Part shown: piece after piece, positions 18,225 through 26,811 of the stretch | Numbering within the stretch: the stretch's first letter is position 1 | Layout: each line of letters starts with the position of its first letter | Program-made: the position numbers and the translations under genes | The notes under the pieces: model-generated | Databases searched by the model: none | What the model saw: only the letters and a program-made list of their open reading frames with translations | Told to the model about the DNA's origin: nothing | Virus record (IMG/VR): IMGVR_UViG_2675903394_000003 | Strand: one strand, 5' to 3' | Source of the DNA: a virus | Lineage: Duplodnaviria > Heunggongvirae > Uroviricota > Caudoviricetes | DNA: 29,878 nucleotides

Positions 18225-19997
18225 ATGACCATCACCACAGACACCACTCTTTTACACGACCCGCGTCGTCAGGCGGCGCTGCTGTACTGGCAGGGATTTT
18301 CCGTGCCGCAGATTGCCGCCATGTTGCAGATGAAACGCCCGACGGTGCAGAGCTGGAAACAGCGCGACGGCTGGGACAGCGTTGCCCCCATCAGCCGTGT
18401 CGAAATGAGCCTGGAAGCGCGGCTGACCCAGCTCATCATCAAACCGCAGAAAACCGGCGGTGACTTCAAGGAAATTGACCTGCTGGGACGCCAGATTGAA
18501 CGACTGGCACGGGTAAATCGCTACAGCCAGACCGGCAACGAGGCAGACCTTAATCCGAACGTCGCTAACCGCAACAAAGGCGGGCGGCGCAAACCGAAAA
18601 AGAATTTTTTCAGTGACGAAGCCATCGAAAAGCTGGAGCAGATTTTCTTTGAGCAGTCTTTCGACTATCAGTTGCACTGGTATCGCGCCGGGCTTGAGCA
18701 CCGCATCCGCGATATCCTGAAATCCCGCCAGATTGGCGCGACATTTTATTTTTCCCGCGAGGCGCTGCTGCGCGCCCTGAAAACCGGTCATAACCAGATT
18801 TTTCTGTCGGCCAGTAAAACGCAGGCGTATGTGTTCCGCGAATACATCATCGCCTTTGCCCGTCTGGTTGACGTTGACCTGACCGGTGACCCGATTGTCC
18901 TGGGCAATAACGGCGCAAAACTGATTTTTCTCGGCACCAACTCCAACACCGCGCAGAGCCATAACGGCGACCTGTACGTCGACGAGATTTTCTGGATCCC
19001 GAATTTTCAGGTACTGCGTAAGGTGGCATCAGGTATGGCCTCACAGAGTCACCTGCGTTCGACCTATTTCTCCACCCCGTCCACGCTGGCGCACGACGCC
19101 TACCCGTTCTGGTCGGGTGAACTGTATAACCGGGGACGCGCCAGCGCCGCCGAACGCGTGGAAATCGACGTCAGTCATAACGCCCTTGCCGGTGGGCTTC
19201 TCTGTGCGGACGGCCAGTGGCGACAGATTGTCACCATTGAGGACGCCCTGAAAGGTGGCTGCACGCTGTTCGACATTGAGCAGCTCAAACGCGAAAACAG
19301 CGCCGACGATTTTAAAAACCTGTTCATGTGTGAATTTGTTGACGACAAGGCGTCGGTGTTCCCGTTCGAGGAGCTGCAACGCTGCATGGTCGACACGCTG
19401 GAAGAATGGGAAGACTATGCACCCTTTGCCGCCAATCCGTTCGGCTCCCGCCCGGTATGGATTGGTTACGACCCGTCACACCGTGGCGACAGTGCCGGAT
19501 GCGTGGTGCTGGCACCGCCGGTGGTGGCCGGTGGCAAATTCAGAATACTTGAGCGTCACCAGTGGAAAGGCATGGACTTTGCCACTCAGGCGGAATCCAT
19601 CCGCAAACTCACCGAAAAATACAACGTCGAATACATCGGTATTGATGCCACTGGCCTCGGTGTCGGCGTGTTCCAGCTCGTGCGCTCGTTCTATCCCGCC
19701 GCGCGCGACATCCGCTACACGCCGGAAATGAAAACCGCAATGGTGCTCAAGGCAAAAGACGTTATCCGCCGAGGCTGTCTGGAATATGACGTCAGCGCCA
19801 CCGACATCACCAGCTCGTTTATGGCTATCCGCAAGACCATGACCAGCAGCGGACGCAGTGCCACCTATGAGGCCAGCCGCAGCGAGGAAGCCAGCCACGC
19901 CGACCTCGCCTGGGCGACCATGCATGCCCTGTTAAATGAGCCACTCACCGCCGGTATCAGCACCCCGCTGACATCCACCATTCTGGAGTTTTACTGA
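18225..19997 (+). CDS. P: Terminase ATPase (large) subunit P, 590 aa
   Basis: Start at ATG 18225 (MTITTDTTLLHDPRRQ) preceded by GAGGT; the track start at 18195 is a TTG; length as P2 gpP. Confidence 0.92.
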   Translation: MTITTDTTLLHDPRRQAALLYWQGFSVPQIAAMLQMKRPTVQSWKQRDGWDSVAPISRVEMSLEARLTQLIIKPQKTGGDFKEIDLLGRQIERLARVNRYSQTGNEADLNPNVANRNKGGRRKPKKNFFSDEAIEKLEQIFFEQSFDYQLHWYRAGLEHRIRDILKSRQIGATFYFSREALLRALKTGHNQIFLSASKTQAYVFREYIIAFARLVDVDLTGDPIVLGNNGAKLIFLGTNSNTAQSHNGDLYVDEIFWIPNFQVLRKVASGMASQSHLRSTYFSTPSTLAHDAYPFWSGELYNRGRASAAERVEIDVSHNALAGGLLCADGQWRQIVTIEDALKGGCTLFDIEQLKRENSADDFKNLFMCEFVDDKASVFPFEELQRCMVDTLEEWEDYAPFAANPFGSRPVWIGYDPSHRGDSAGCVVLAPPVVAGGKFRILERHQWKGMDFATQAESIRKLTEKYNVEYIGIDATGLGVGVFQLVRSFYPAARDIRYTPEMKTAMVLKAKDVIRRGCLEYDVSATDITSSFMAIRKTMTSSGRSATYEASRSEEASHADLAWATMHALLNEPLTAGISTPLTSTILEFY

Positions 19998-21031
19998 TGA
20001 GCAAGAAAAAAGGGAAAACACCGCAGCCAGCGGTGAAAACAATGACCGCCAGCGCCCCGAAAATGGAGGCATTCACCTTTGGTGAGCCGGTGCCGGTACT
20101 CGACCGCCGTGACATTCTGGATTACGTCGAGTGCATCAGTAACGGCAGATGGTATGAGCCACCGGTCAGCTTTACCGGTCTGGCAAAAAGCCTGCGTGCT
20201 GCCGTGCATCACAGCTCACCGATTTACGTCAAACGTAATATTCTGGCCTCAACATTTATCCCGCATCCGTGGCTTTCTCAGCAGGATTTCAGCCGCTTTG
20301 TGCTGGATTTTCTGGTGTTCGGTAATGCGTTTCTGGAAAAGCGTTACAGCACCACCGGTAAGGTCATCAGACTGGAAACCTCACCGGCAAAATATACCCG
20401 CCGTGGCGTGGAGGAGGATGTTTACTGGTGGGTGCCGTCCTTCAACGAGCCGACAGCCTTCGCGCCCGGCTCCGTGTTTCACCTGCTGGAGCCGGATATT
20501 AATCAGGAGCTGTACGGCCTGCCGGAATATCTCAGCGCCCTTAACTCTGCCTGGCTGAATGAGTCGGCCACGCTGTTCCGCCGCAAGTATTACGAAAACG
20601 GCGCTCATGCCGGATATATCATGTACGTCACCGATGCCGTGCAGGATCGCAACGATATCGAAATGCTTCGCGAAAACATGGTGAAGTCGAAAGGCCGCAA
20701 TAACTTTAAAAATCTGTTTCTCTATGCCCCACAGGGGAAAGCCGACGGCATTAAAATTATCCCCCTCAGTGAAGTGGCAACGAAGGACGATTTTTTTAAT
20801 ATCAAAAAAGCCAGTGCCGCTGACCTGCTGGACGCACACCGCATCCCTTTTCAGTTGATGGGCGGCAAGCCGGAGAACGTCGGGTCGTTGGGTGATATTG
20901 AGAAAGTGGCAAAGGTCTTTGTCCGCAATGAGCTTATCCCGTTACAGGACAGGATCCGCGAGATAAACGGCTGGCTCGGTCAGGAGGTCATCCGCTTTAA
21001 AAACTACTCACTGGACACTGACAACGGCTGA
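19997..21031 (+). CDS. Q: Portal (capsid vertex) protein Q, 344 aa
   Basis: ATGA overlap with the P stop; length as P2 gpQ. Confidence 0.93.
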   Translation: MSKKKGKTPQPAVKTMTASAPKMEAFTFGEPVPVLDRRDILDYVECISNGRWYEPPVSFTGLAKSLRAAVHHSSPIYVKRNILASTFIPHPWLSQQDFSRFVLDFLVFGNAFLEKRYSTTGKVIRLETSPAKYTRRGVEEDVYWWVPSFNEPTAFAPGSVFHLLEPDINQELYGLPEYLSALNSAWLNESATLFRRKYYENGAHAGYIMYVTDAVQDRNDIEMLRENMVKSKGRNNFKNLFLYAPQGKADGIKIIPLSEVATKDDFFNIKKASAADLLDAHRIPFQLMGGKPENVGSLGDIEKVAKVFVRNELIPLQDRIREINGWLGQEVIRFKNYSLDTDNG

Positions 21032-21036
21032 ACATC

Positions 21037-21058
21037 GCCGCCTGCGGGCGGCTTTTTT
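21037..21058 (+). terminator. Rho-independent terminator after Q
   Basis: GCCGCC-TGCG-GGCGGC followed by TTTTTT, 6 nt after the Q stop. Confidence 0.8.
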
Positions 21059-21200
21059 ACACCCCGTCATCACGCCCTCACACGCTCACCACCGCACAAA
21101 ACACCCCACAGACACACCAACGCCCCGGCGCACAATCTAAACGCCATCACGACGCGCTCAGACGCTGAAAAAATAAAATCAGCACCACCGCCAGCGCGCA

Positions 21201-21219
21201 GTGCTTTCCCCGCCTCGCC
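21201..21219. other. cos: cos site (19-nt cohesive end, intact as expected in a prophage)
   Basis: GTGCTTTCCCCGCCTCGCC is the reverse complement of GGCGAGGCGGGGAAAGCAC, which I recall as the P2 cohesive end; it lies between Q and the accessory region as in P2. Confidence 0.8.
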
Positions 21220-21242
21220 CGCCCGCTTCATAGGGCGGTTTT
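21219..21242 (+). terminator. GC-rich hairpin with a short T-run next to cos
   Basis: CCGCCC-GCTTCATA-GGGCGG followed by TTTT; function uncertain. Confidence 0.3.
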
Positions 21243-21425
21243 AATGCAGTTGCACGAACAATCCAGATTCGCGCCAGCTCTGACAATATACTGTCAGAGC
21301 AAGCACGTCTGACGCATGCAAAAAAATGCATCTTTTGTATGCAATGCAGAAATCAAACAAATTTGAGTATAAATTAACGATGAGTCCTATGATTTTTAAC
21401 TTCATCCCTAGCAGTTAACAGCAAA

Positions 21426-22361
21426 TTAAAAGTCTTTATCTGCCTGATACTGCCCTGAACAGTAGTAACAACGATACTCAACATCACCATCATCCATTGG
21501 CCAAATGCTCATTTCGCTGCTGGGAGCCTGCGCACCACAACAATCGCAAGCAACATCAATATCATCACTATCTTCATTCTGACAAAAAGTGCATTTGTAA
21601 CCCGTAGAAGACTCATCAGAGGGAATCATTGTGTCGTTAGAACACTCAGGACATTCATAAACTTTCCAATCGACCAATTCATAAAATTTATGCCTAACCC
21701 CATAAAAAGCTTCAGCCTCTCTTTCTTCAACTTCTTTCTTGGCTTCAGAGAGCCGATGAGAGTATTCATCAGCTAAAGTTTGAAATATCTGTAAGTTATC
21801 TGCACCGACTTCATCTTCAAGATTAAAAAGATCGAAGATATCAATAAACTCAGCTACCCCCCGGACGAGGCGTCCAATACACAAGCGCGCGTCTTTAGGA
21901 GTAAGTCTGAATTGATAATGCTCAATATCATTTCTTAAATTCTTTATCCAAGCTATATCATTACAAAAATCAATATCTACAAAATCAACCCCAGTTATGC
22001 CGCATTTCTCACACTTAGCAAAGTTTAGTGCCTGATCTAAGGTTATCGTATATGGCTTAGATTTCCCTTCAATGAACCTTCCTAAATCAACGCCATCCTC
22101 GATAATTTTATTATATGCGTCTAAAAGACTGATTGATTCTTGCTTTGCTCTTGTAGCTATTTGTTTATAGCAATCGGAATACAGTAAATTTTCATCTACT
22201 GTAACAATATATAACTTCAACACCAGCTCAAGAAAATGTGACAAATGCAAGATAGCAAATTTATATTGCCGCAATTCTCCTCTCTGCCCTAACTCATACT
22301 TCGCTAAAGCTTCATTAAAACTATCAATAGCATTCTCTTGTAAATCCAGTTGATATTCCAT
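21426..22361 (-). CDS. Hypothetical cysteine-rich protein (311 aa from the preferred start) with an R-x4-H HEPN-like motif and C-terminal CxxC pairs; candidate defence-associated protein
   Basis: Long ORF in AT-rich cargo; preferred start is the ATG at 22359-22361, preceded by AGGTGA, while the track start at 22406 has no RBS; motif LRNDIEHY at nt 21918-21935; CPEC...CTFC and CDCC...CYYC at nt 21459-21653. Confidence 0.7.
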   Translation of the reverse strand: MEYQLDLQENAIDSFNEALAKYELGQRGELRQYKFAILHLSHFLELVLKLYIVTVDENLLYSDCYKQIATRAKQESISLLDAYNKIIEDGVDLGRFIEGKSKPYTITLDQALNFAKCEKCGITGVDFVDIDFCNDIAWIKNLRNDIEHYQFRLTPKDARLCIGRLVRGVAEFIDIFDLFNLEDEVGADNLQIFQTLADEYSHRLSEAKKEVEEREAEAFYGVRHKFYELVDWKVYECPECSNDTMIPSDESSTGYKCTFCQNEDSDDIDVACDCCGAQAPSSEMSIWPMDDGDVEYRCYYCSGQYQADKDF

Positions 22362-22426
22362 TACATCACCTAAAAAATTCATATTTATATGAGTGCAGAA
22401 AACCATTCAGCACTCATTGCTTATAA

Positions 22427-23158
22427 TCAATTATCTAATATTGATACAACCTCTCCCGTTCGTATGTCGACGCGCGCAGCTATAGTCTGCTTAACCACTC
22501 CACCATAAGCATTAGTACCGCGAAACGTAGTTTTCACAATAGCGTACGGGTCTTTATTCAAAACCAAATGATATACCGTTGACACATGTTTATAAGATGA
22601 ATCATCGTTCATATTATCTTTAATTAGTTTTTCCAATGGACGATAAGAACCATCCCAACCACTAAAATTACTCTGAAATGTATCAAGATTGATTTTATTG
22701 TTTAGTGAATTCGGGTCATTTTCATAATCATTAAAGCACCACCCAAGAACATCACCGAGTTTCAACTCATCATCTTTGGTAAATGTATACTCACTCATGC
22801 AGGCATAAAACGCATCTGACGCGGTGGCTGGAACTTCCTTAAAATCAATGTAACTATTCACAATATCGTGTCGTGTTTTCTTTGACTCGTTCCGATATTC
22901 CTTGAGTGTTTTTTCACCATATTCGAATGTTTTTTGGACTTTGTGTTCTGCAACGGTTGATGTTTCAGTTTTAGCAACTGGCTGGCTTTTTTCTGTTGGA
23001 TAGAGTATTGAACCAATTATGCTCAATACAAAACCTCCTCCGAGATAAACCGCACTTGCACGTTTGCGGTTTGGCATTCGCACCAGTGATGGCTTGATTA
23101 ACCCGATGAAGAAAGCAACGAAAAAAGCGAGTGATAGAAAAGCGATTATAGTATCCAT
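22427..23158 (-). CDS. Hypothetical membrane protein (243 aa from the preferred start) with two N-terminal TM helices and a ~180-aa C-terminal domain
   Basis: Hydrophobic segments IIAFLSLAFFVAFFIGLI and AVYLGGGFVLSIIGSILY separated by the basic loop KPSLVRMPNRKRAS; preferred start is the ATG at 23156-23158, preceded by AAGGA; AT-rich. Confidence 0.7.
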   Translation of the reverse strand: MDTIIAFLSLAFFVAFFIGLIKPSLVRMPNRKRASAVYLGGGFVLSIIGSILYPTEKSQPVAKTETSTVAEHKVQKTFEYGEKTLKEYRNESKKTRHDIVNSYIDFKEVPATASDAFYACMSEYTFTKDDELKLGDVLGWCFNDYENDPNSLNNKINLDTFQSNFSGWDGSYRPLEKLIKDNMNDDSSYKHVSTVYHLVLNKDPYAIVKTTFRGTNAYGGVVKQTIAARVDIRTGEVVSILDN

Positions 23159-23381
23159 AGCTATCCTTTTTGCATCATCCACATAAAAAATCGACCTCAT
23201 GTTAGCAACAGGATGCTTACTTTTGAATATTTGTAAGTTGTTGGCTCTCCAACCTAACTCCTTTCAACCGTCAAAAACCGGCACCAACGCAGTAAAAATA
23301 TGTCTGTCAACTAACGCCTCGCTTCGCTCGTTGTTCAACCCCGCCAGCCCTGAAAACAAGTTTCACGACTGGCGGCGTTCT

Positions 23382-23588
23382 CTATCGTCTGCGTGGTGGT
23401 GGCGTAACTCTTGATTGACCGATATGATTAAACCGCCCGTAATTATCCCGGACTATTTCGGCACACCCGACCAGCTCATCGGGCGTCATATTTTCGTTGA
23501 CCATAATCCGCTGTAAACGCTGAACAATAGCCATCAGCTTGATATTTTTAGTTTTATGGTGCGGTATCTCGCCTGGTATTCTGTGCAT
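23382..23588 (-). CDS. Hypothetical small protein (68 aa)
   Basis: ATG at 23586-23588 overlaps the upstream stop as TAATG (translational coupling); the track ORF start at 23600 is a GTG. Confidence 0.45.
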   Translation of the reverse strand: MHRIPGEIPHHKTKNIKLMAIVQRLQRIMVNENMTPDELVGCAEIVRDNYGRFNHIGQSRVTPPPRRR

Positions 23589-24043
23589 TATCCAAGCCAC
23601 CCGTTTTGCTGTGCACGCTCCATCTGTTCATCTGAATAGTTCCATGCTCCATCCGTGGCAACCATTGCCCCGCCAGACATCCCCGTCTCTGGTTCATACA
23701 TAACAGCAAGGCCGAGCTGATGCATAATTTCATGATTAATTCTGAATACCAGACCACGCTCACTAAGTTCTTTCCAGTTCACAATCTCATATGCGCCTGT
23801 ATTAAGCAGCTCAATACTTAGCAAGACATAATCTTCCAGCCAGTCTGACAGGTCAGTAACATCTGTTATCCGGGCTTCAACCTTTCGCCCCGTATACACA
23901 CCCTGCACCCATTCATGCAAAATCAACGTGTCCCCGTGCTCATAATTACGGTCATTTTTCCGAAACTCTGCGCGTTTCTTTCCTTCCAGCACAAGGTCGA
24001 AATATTTTGCGTGCAGCTTTACCTCGTGAATTTTTGCCATCAT
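23588..24043 (-). CDS. ASCH/DUF3850-like (PUA-fold) protein, about 151 aa
   Basis: N-terminal MAKIHEVKLHAKYFDLVLEGKKRAEFRKNDRNYEHGDTLILHEW resembles the DUF3850/ASCH signature as I remember it; ATG at 24041-24043 overlaps the A stop and is preceded by GGAG. Confidence 0.6.
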   Translation of the reverse strand: MMAKIHEVKLHAKYFDLVLEGKKRAEFRKNDRNYEHGDTLILHEWVQGVYTGRKVEARITDVTDLSDWLEDYVLLSIELLNTGAYEIVNWKELSERGLVFRINHEIMHQLGLAVMYEPETGMSGGAMVATDGAWNYSDEQMERAQQNGWLG

Positions 24044-26325
24044 CTCCACTCCATTACTGTTGAGAATCCCGGCCACTCATCAGCGACCGGATACGTGAAT
24101 TTTTTCCCGTCATAATTTACAGTCGCGCCACGCGCCAGCGCCTCAAGCTCCCATCGCTGCGGCCTGATACCGTTCTGAGCAAGGTCAACGCGGATACGGG
24201 TAATTTGCATTCGTTCCGACCGGGTCAGTCTGGCCGATGGCGCTATTTCATGCGGTTTTAACGGGCTTCCGGCTCTTTGCTGACGATTTGGTGTTCTCAG
24301 GCCGTGTTTTAATGCGCCCCTGAGCGCCCTCACGACCTCCGGGTCATTCCATTCGATAACACCGTCATCAACCAGATTAAGCACTGCTGCGGCGTGTTCA
24401 GAAGGTGTGGGAGCCGGTAACGAAGCATCACTGCTGGCAGGCTTTCCACAGTTATTGACAGGACTCCGAGGCGCGGCGATGCCGCTTTTTAAAGTCAAAG
24501 GCTCCACGACCGGAACTTTCGGCACAATGCGCCAGTCCGTCGTTCTGGTGATATGAATATGACGCGCGCCGAGATGCGGCGCGTAAATGCCGACCACTCT
24601 CTCGACCTCTTCCTCGTACTCGTTAACGTCATCCGACGGGCTACGGGCGACCCTGACAGTCTGACAATCGCGCGGGACATTTGCCCCACCCTGCGCGCTG
24701 ATATACAACGCAAAATCACCACTGTCTGCGGCGGCGCGTGCAGCCTCGACGCGCTCGTCAAACTCATCAGCAATGCTGACGCCGCGCGGCAATTTGCGTA
24801 GTTCACGGTAAGCCCCCATTGTCGGCAGACCAACCGTTTTAAATTGCGGGATGCGCCACGTTGACGCCCATGCAGTAACAGCCGCGGCAGTATCTTTCAG
24901 CGGTCTGCCGGTATCGTTATCGAGCTGACCATCCAGTGCATAGCCGTCGATGTTTTTTGAGATGTATTTCGCGATATACCCCGCAGCACCACCCCGATTA
25001 AGGTGTTTTGCCTGAAAACGGTTTCGCGCGGCTCCTCTTTCGTCGCCATCCTCTTTGAGCGCATAGCGACGCATGATTTCGATAATCTGGTTACGCTGGC
25101 GTGGATTACAAAAAAGCATCATATGCCAGTGCGGCGTTCCGTCGTGGTGTGGCTCGACGACTCGCAAACCGTAGACCTGTAAATCATTATCCTTGAATGC
25201 CGTGCGCATCAGGCTCCAGATACGGCAGAGATATCGCTGCGCATCCTTTGGATTAAATGCCTCATCATTCCAGCCGTGATTAAGCTGGACGGTTTTACTT
25301 TCGCCTTTTCCGACCTGACGTGTCGGGTGATACTTTGACGGTGCGGTCAGCGTGATAAACATCCCCACATCACCCTCTGCGGCGGCGTAACGCTCAATAC
25401 CGGCGATGGTGTTCATCAGCTCCATCCGGCGAATTTCAGGATTAGAAATACTGCCCATCACCTTACTGATAAGGTCGATGCGCTCGCCGGTTTCCCTGTT
25501 TTCAAGGTCACACGATTTAAGAAATTCCAGATTTGCCTGGCGGCGTGCACGCACATCCCGAATGGCATGTTTACTGGCATAAGGAGAACGGTCTTTATTG
25601 ACCTCCCCGACAGCTATCAGTAACGCCTCATGCCAGCGCATACGCTGGCCTTTAAGCTGATGAGTCCACCACTCATCGTTAAACAGGCGGGCAATGGCAG
25701 AATATGCCTGCCTCGTGGTCATCTGTCCTTTACGGTATTTTTTCCAGTAGAGAGGGGAAATATTGAAAGCACGTGCAGCGCCAGCAACATGACCATAGAG
25801 GTGAGCCTGCGCCTCATCCGTAAACAGCGATTCTTTCTCGCCATGCGCATCCACCCAGGCATCGCAGAGTTCCTCATACATCATGAAAAGCTGCGATGAA
25901 ATACGGGCGGCAAACTTTTTCAGCTCCTTGTCATTCATTCCAGGCAGGCGCGCATAGTGGTCGCGCTCTGCCAGAAACAGCAACGACGCGTCGGTGTTCA
26001 TTTCATGGCGCTGATTCACGCGCTCAATGCGCGGCCATAAACGACGCTGAAAAGTGGATGTGAGGAAATAAAACCCGTGCACCGGGCTTTTATTGCGCCG
26101 GATGTAGTCATAGCGTGAAGTAAACAGCGAGCGCAAAAAGTAAGGCAGGCGGTTAATCGTGGATAAAACACCTTGCACCTGACGCATCTCGTCACGTGTA
26201 AGGGGTCTTTCGCGCCCGACAGCCTCGCGTGGCGCGTTCCATGCATAAGCACCGGTAAACATCTTACCGGTGCCTGCGGCAAATGCTGACGGAGGGACAA
26301 AACGCCCGGAGGCTTTAACGGCCAT
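24040..26325 (-). CDS. A: Replication initiation protein A (rolling-circle nickase), 761 aa
   Basis: Start at MAVKASGRFVPP (ATG 26323-26325) gives the P2 gpA length; the track start at 26367 is a TTG. Confidence 0.92.
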   Translation of the reverse strand: MAVKASGRFVPPSAFAAGTGKMFTGAYAWNAPREAVGRERPLTRDEMRQVQGVLSTINRLPYFLRSLFTSRYDYIRRNKSPVHGFYFLTSTFQRRLWPRIERVNQRHEMNTDASLLFLAERDHYARLPGMNDKELKKFAARISSQLFMMYEELCDAWVDAHGEKESLFTDEAQAHLYGHVAGAARAFNISPLYWKKYRKGQMTTRQAYSAIARLFNDEWWTHQLKGQRMRWHEALLIAVGEVNKDRSPYASKHAIRDVRARRQANLEFLKSCDLENRETGERIDLISKVMGSISNPEIRRMELMNTIAGIERYAAAEGDVGMFITLTAPSKYHPTRQVGKGESKTVQLNHGWNDEAFNPKDAQRYLCRIWSLMRTAFKDNDLQVYGLRVVEPHHDGTPHWHMMLFCNPRQRNQIIEIMRRYALKEDGDERGAARNRFQAKHLNRGGAAGYIAKYISKNIDGYALDGQLDNDTGRPLKDTAAAVTAWASTWRIPQFKTVGLPTMGAYRELRKLPRGVSIADEFDERVEAARAAADSGDFALYISAQGGANVPRDCQTVRVARSPSDDVNEYEEEVERVVGIYAPHLGARHIHITRTTDWRIVPKVPVVEPLTLKSGIAAPRSPVNNCGKPASSDASLPAPTPSEHAAAVLNLVDDGVIEWNDPEVVRALRGALKHGLRTPNRQQRAGSPLKPHEIAPSARLTRSERMQITRIRVDLAQNGIRPQRWELEALARGATVNYDGKKFTYPVADEWPGFSTVMEWR

Positions 26326-26590
26326 ATGAGCCAAAAGCCTCTGAACAACGCTTGCTGAGTTGTTCAACCTGCGCGTTTAAATCAGCAAAAGATTTTGCGC
26401 TTCCGGTCAGAATATCGTGATGCATCAGGCCGGAAACGAGCTGGCTTAATTTCGGGTAATAACCAACCACCGCCAGCCATTCCTGACCGGCGTTTTTACC
26501 GCTTTCAGCTCTCTTTTTCTCGTGGAGAATAAACTGAAAGCTGTCACTGGTAACGACATAACGTTCGCCAATTTCAATACGAATACTCAT
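26315..26590 (-). CDS. Early-operon hypothetical protein (orf83-like), 91 aa
   Basis: ATG confirmed; overlaps the A start; position as P2 orf83. Confidence 0.7.
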   Translation of the reverse strand: MSIRIEIGERYVVTSDSFQFILHEKKRAESGKNAGQEWLAVVGYYPKLSQLVSGLMHHDILTGSAKSFADLNAQVEQLSKRCSEAFGSYGR

Positions 26591-26811
26591 GCCGTTCTCC
26601 GGTAATGTTTGTTTTTTGCTTCAAAGACTGACTGACAGGAAACACAACGCGTGGCTGACGGATAAGCCGCACGACGGGCAGCAGGTATTGGCGCGTCACA
26701 CTCTTCGCAAACCAGCGCAGAAACACCGCAATGCTTCCCCCTTGCCGCGTTAATCTGGCGCTCCAGTAATTCAGCCTGTTGTTCCTGAATAAAATCCACG
26801 TTGTCCGGCAT
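26587..26811 (-). CDS. TraR/DksA-type C4 zinc-finger protein (orf82-like), 74 aa
   Basis: C-x?-C...C-x2-C pattern (CGVSALVCEEC...CVSC); ATGA coupling to the downstream ORF. Confidence 0.75.
   Translation of the reverse strand: MPDNVDFIQEQQAELLERQINAARGKHCGVSALVCEECDAPIPAARRAAYPSATRCVSCQSVFEAKNKHYRRTA

Noticed and set aside
18252-19925. Minus-strand ORFs 18252..18962, 19041..19379 and 19476..19925 opposite terminase gene P
   Set aside because: Antisense to a confidently assigned gene; no supporting start signals or domains.
23199-23414. Plus-strand 71-aa ORF in the cargo promoter region
   Set aside because: Lies in a probable regulatory interval with no RBS, on the strand opposite all surrounding genes; most likely non-coding.
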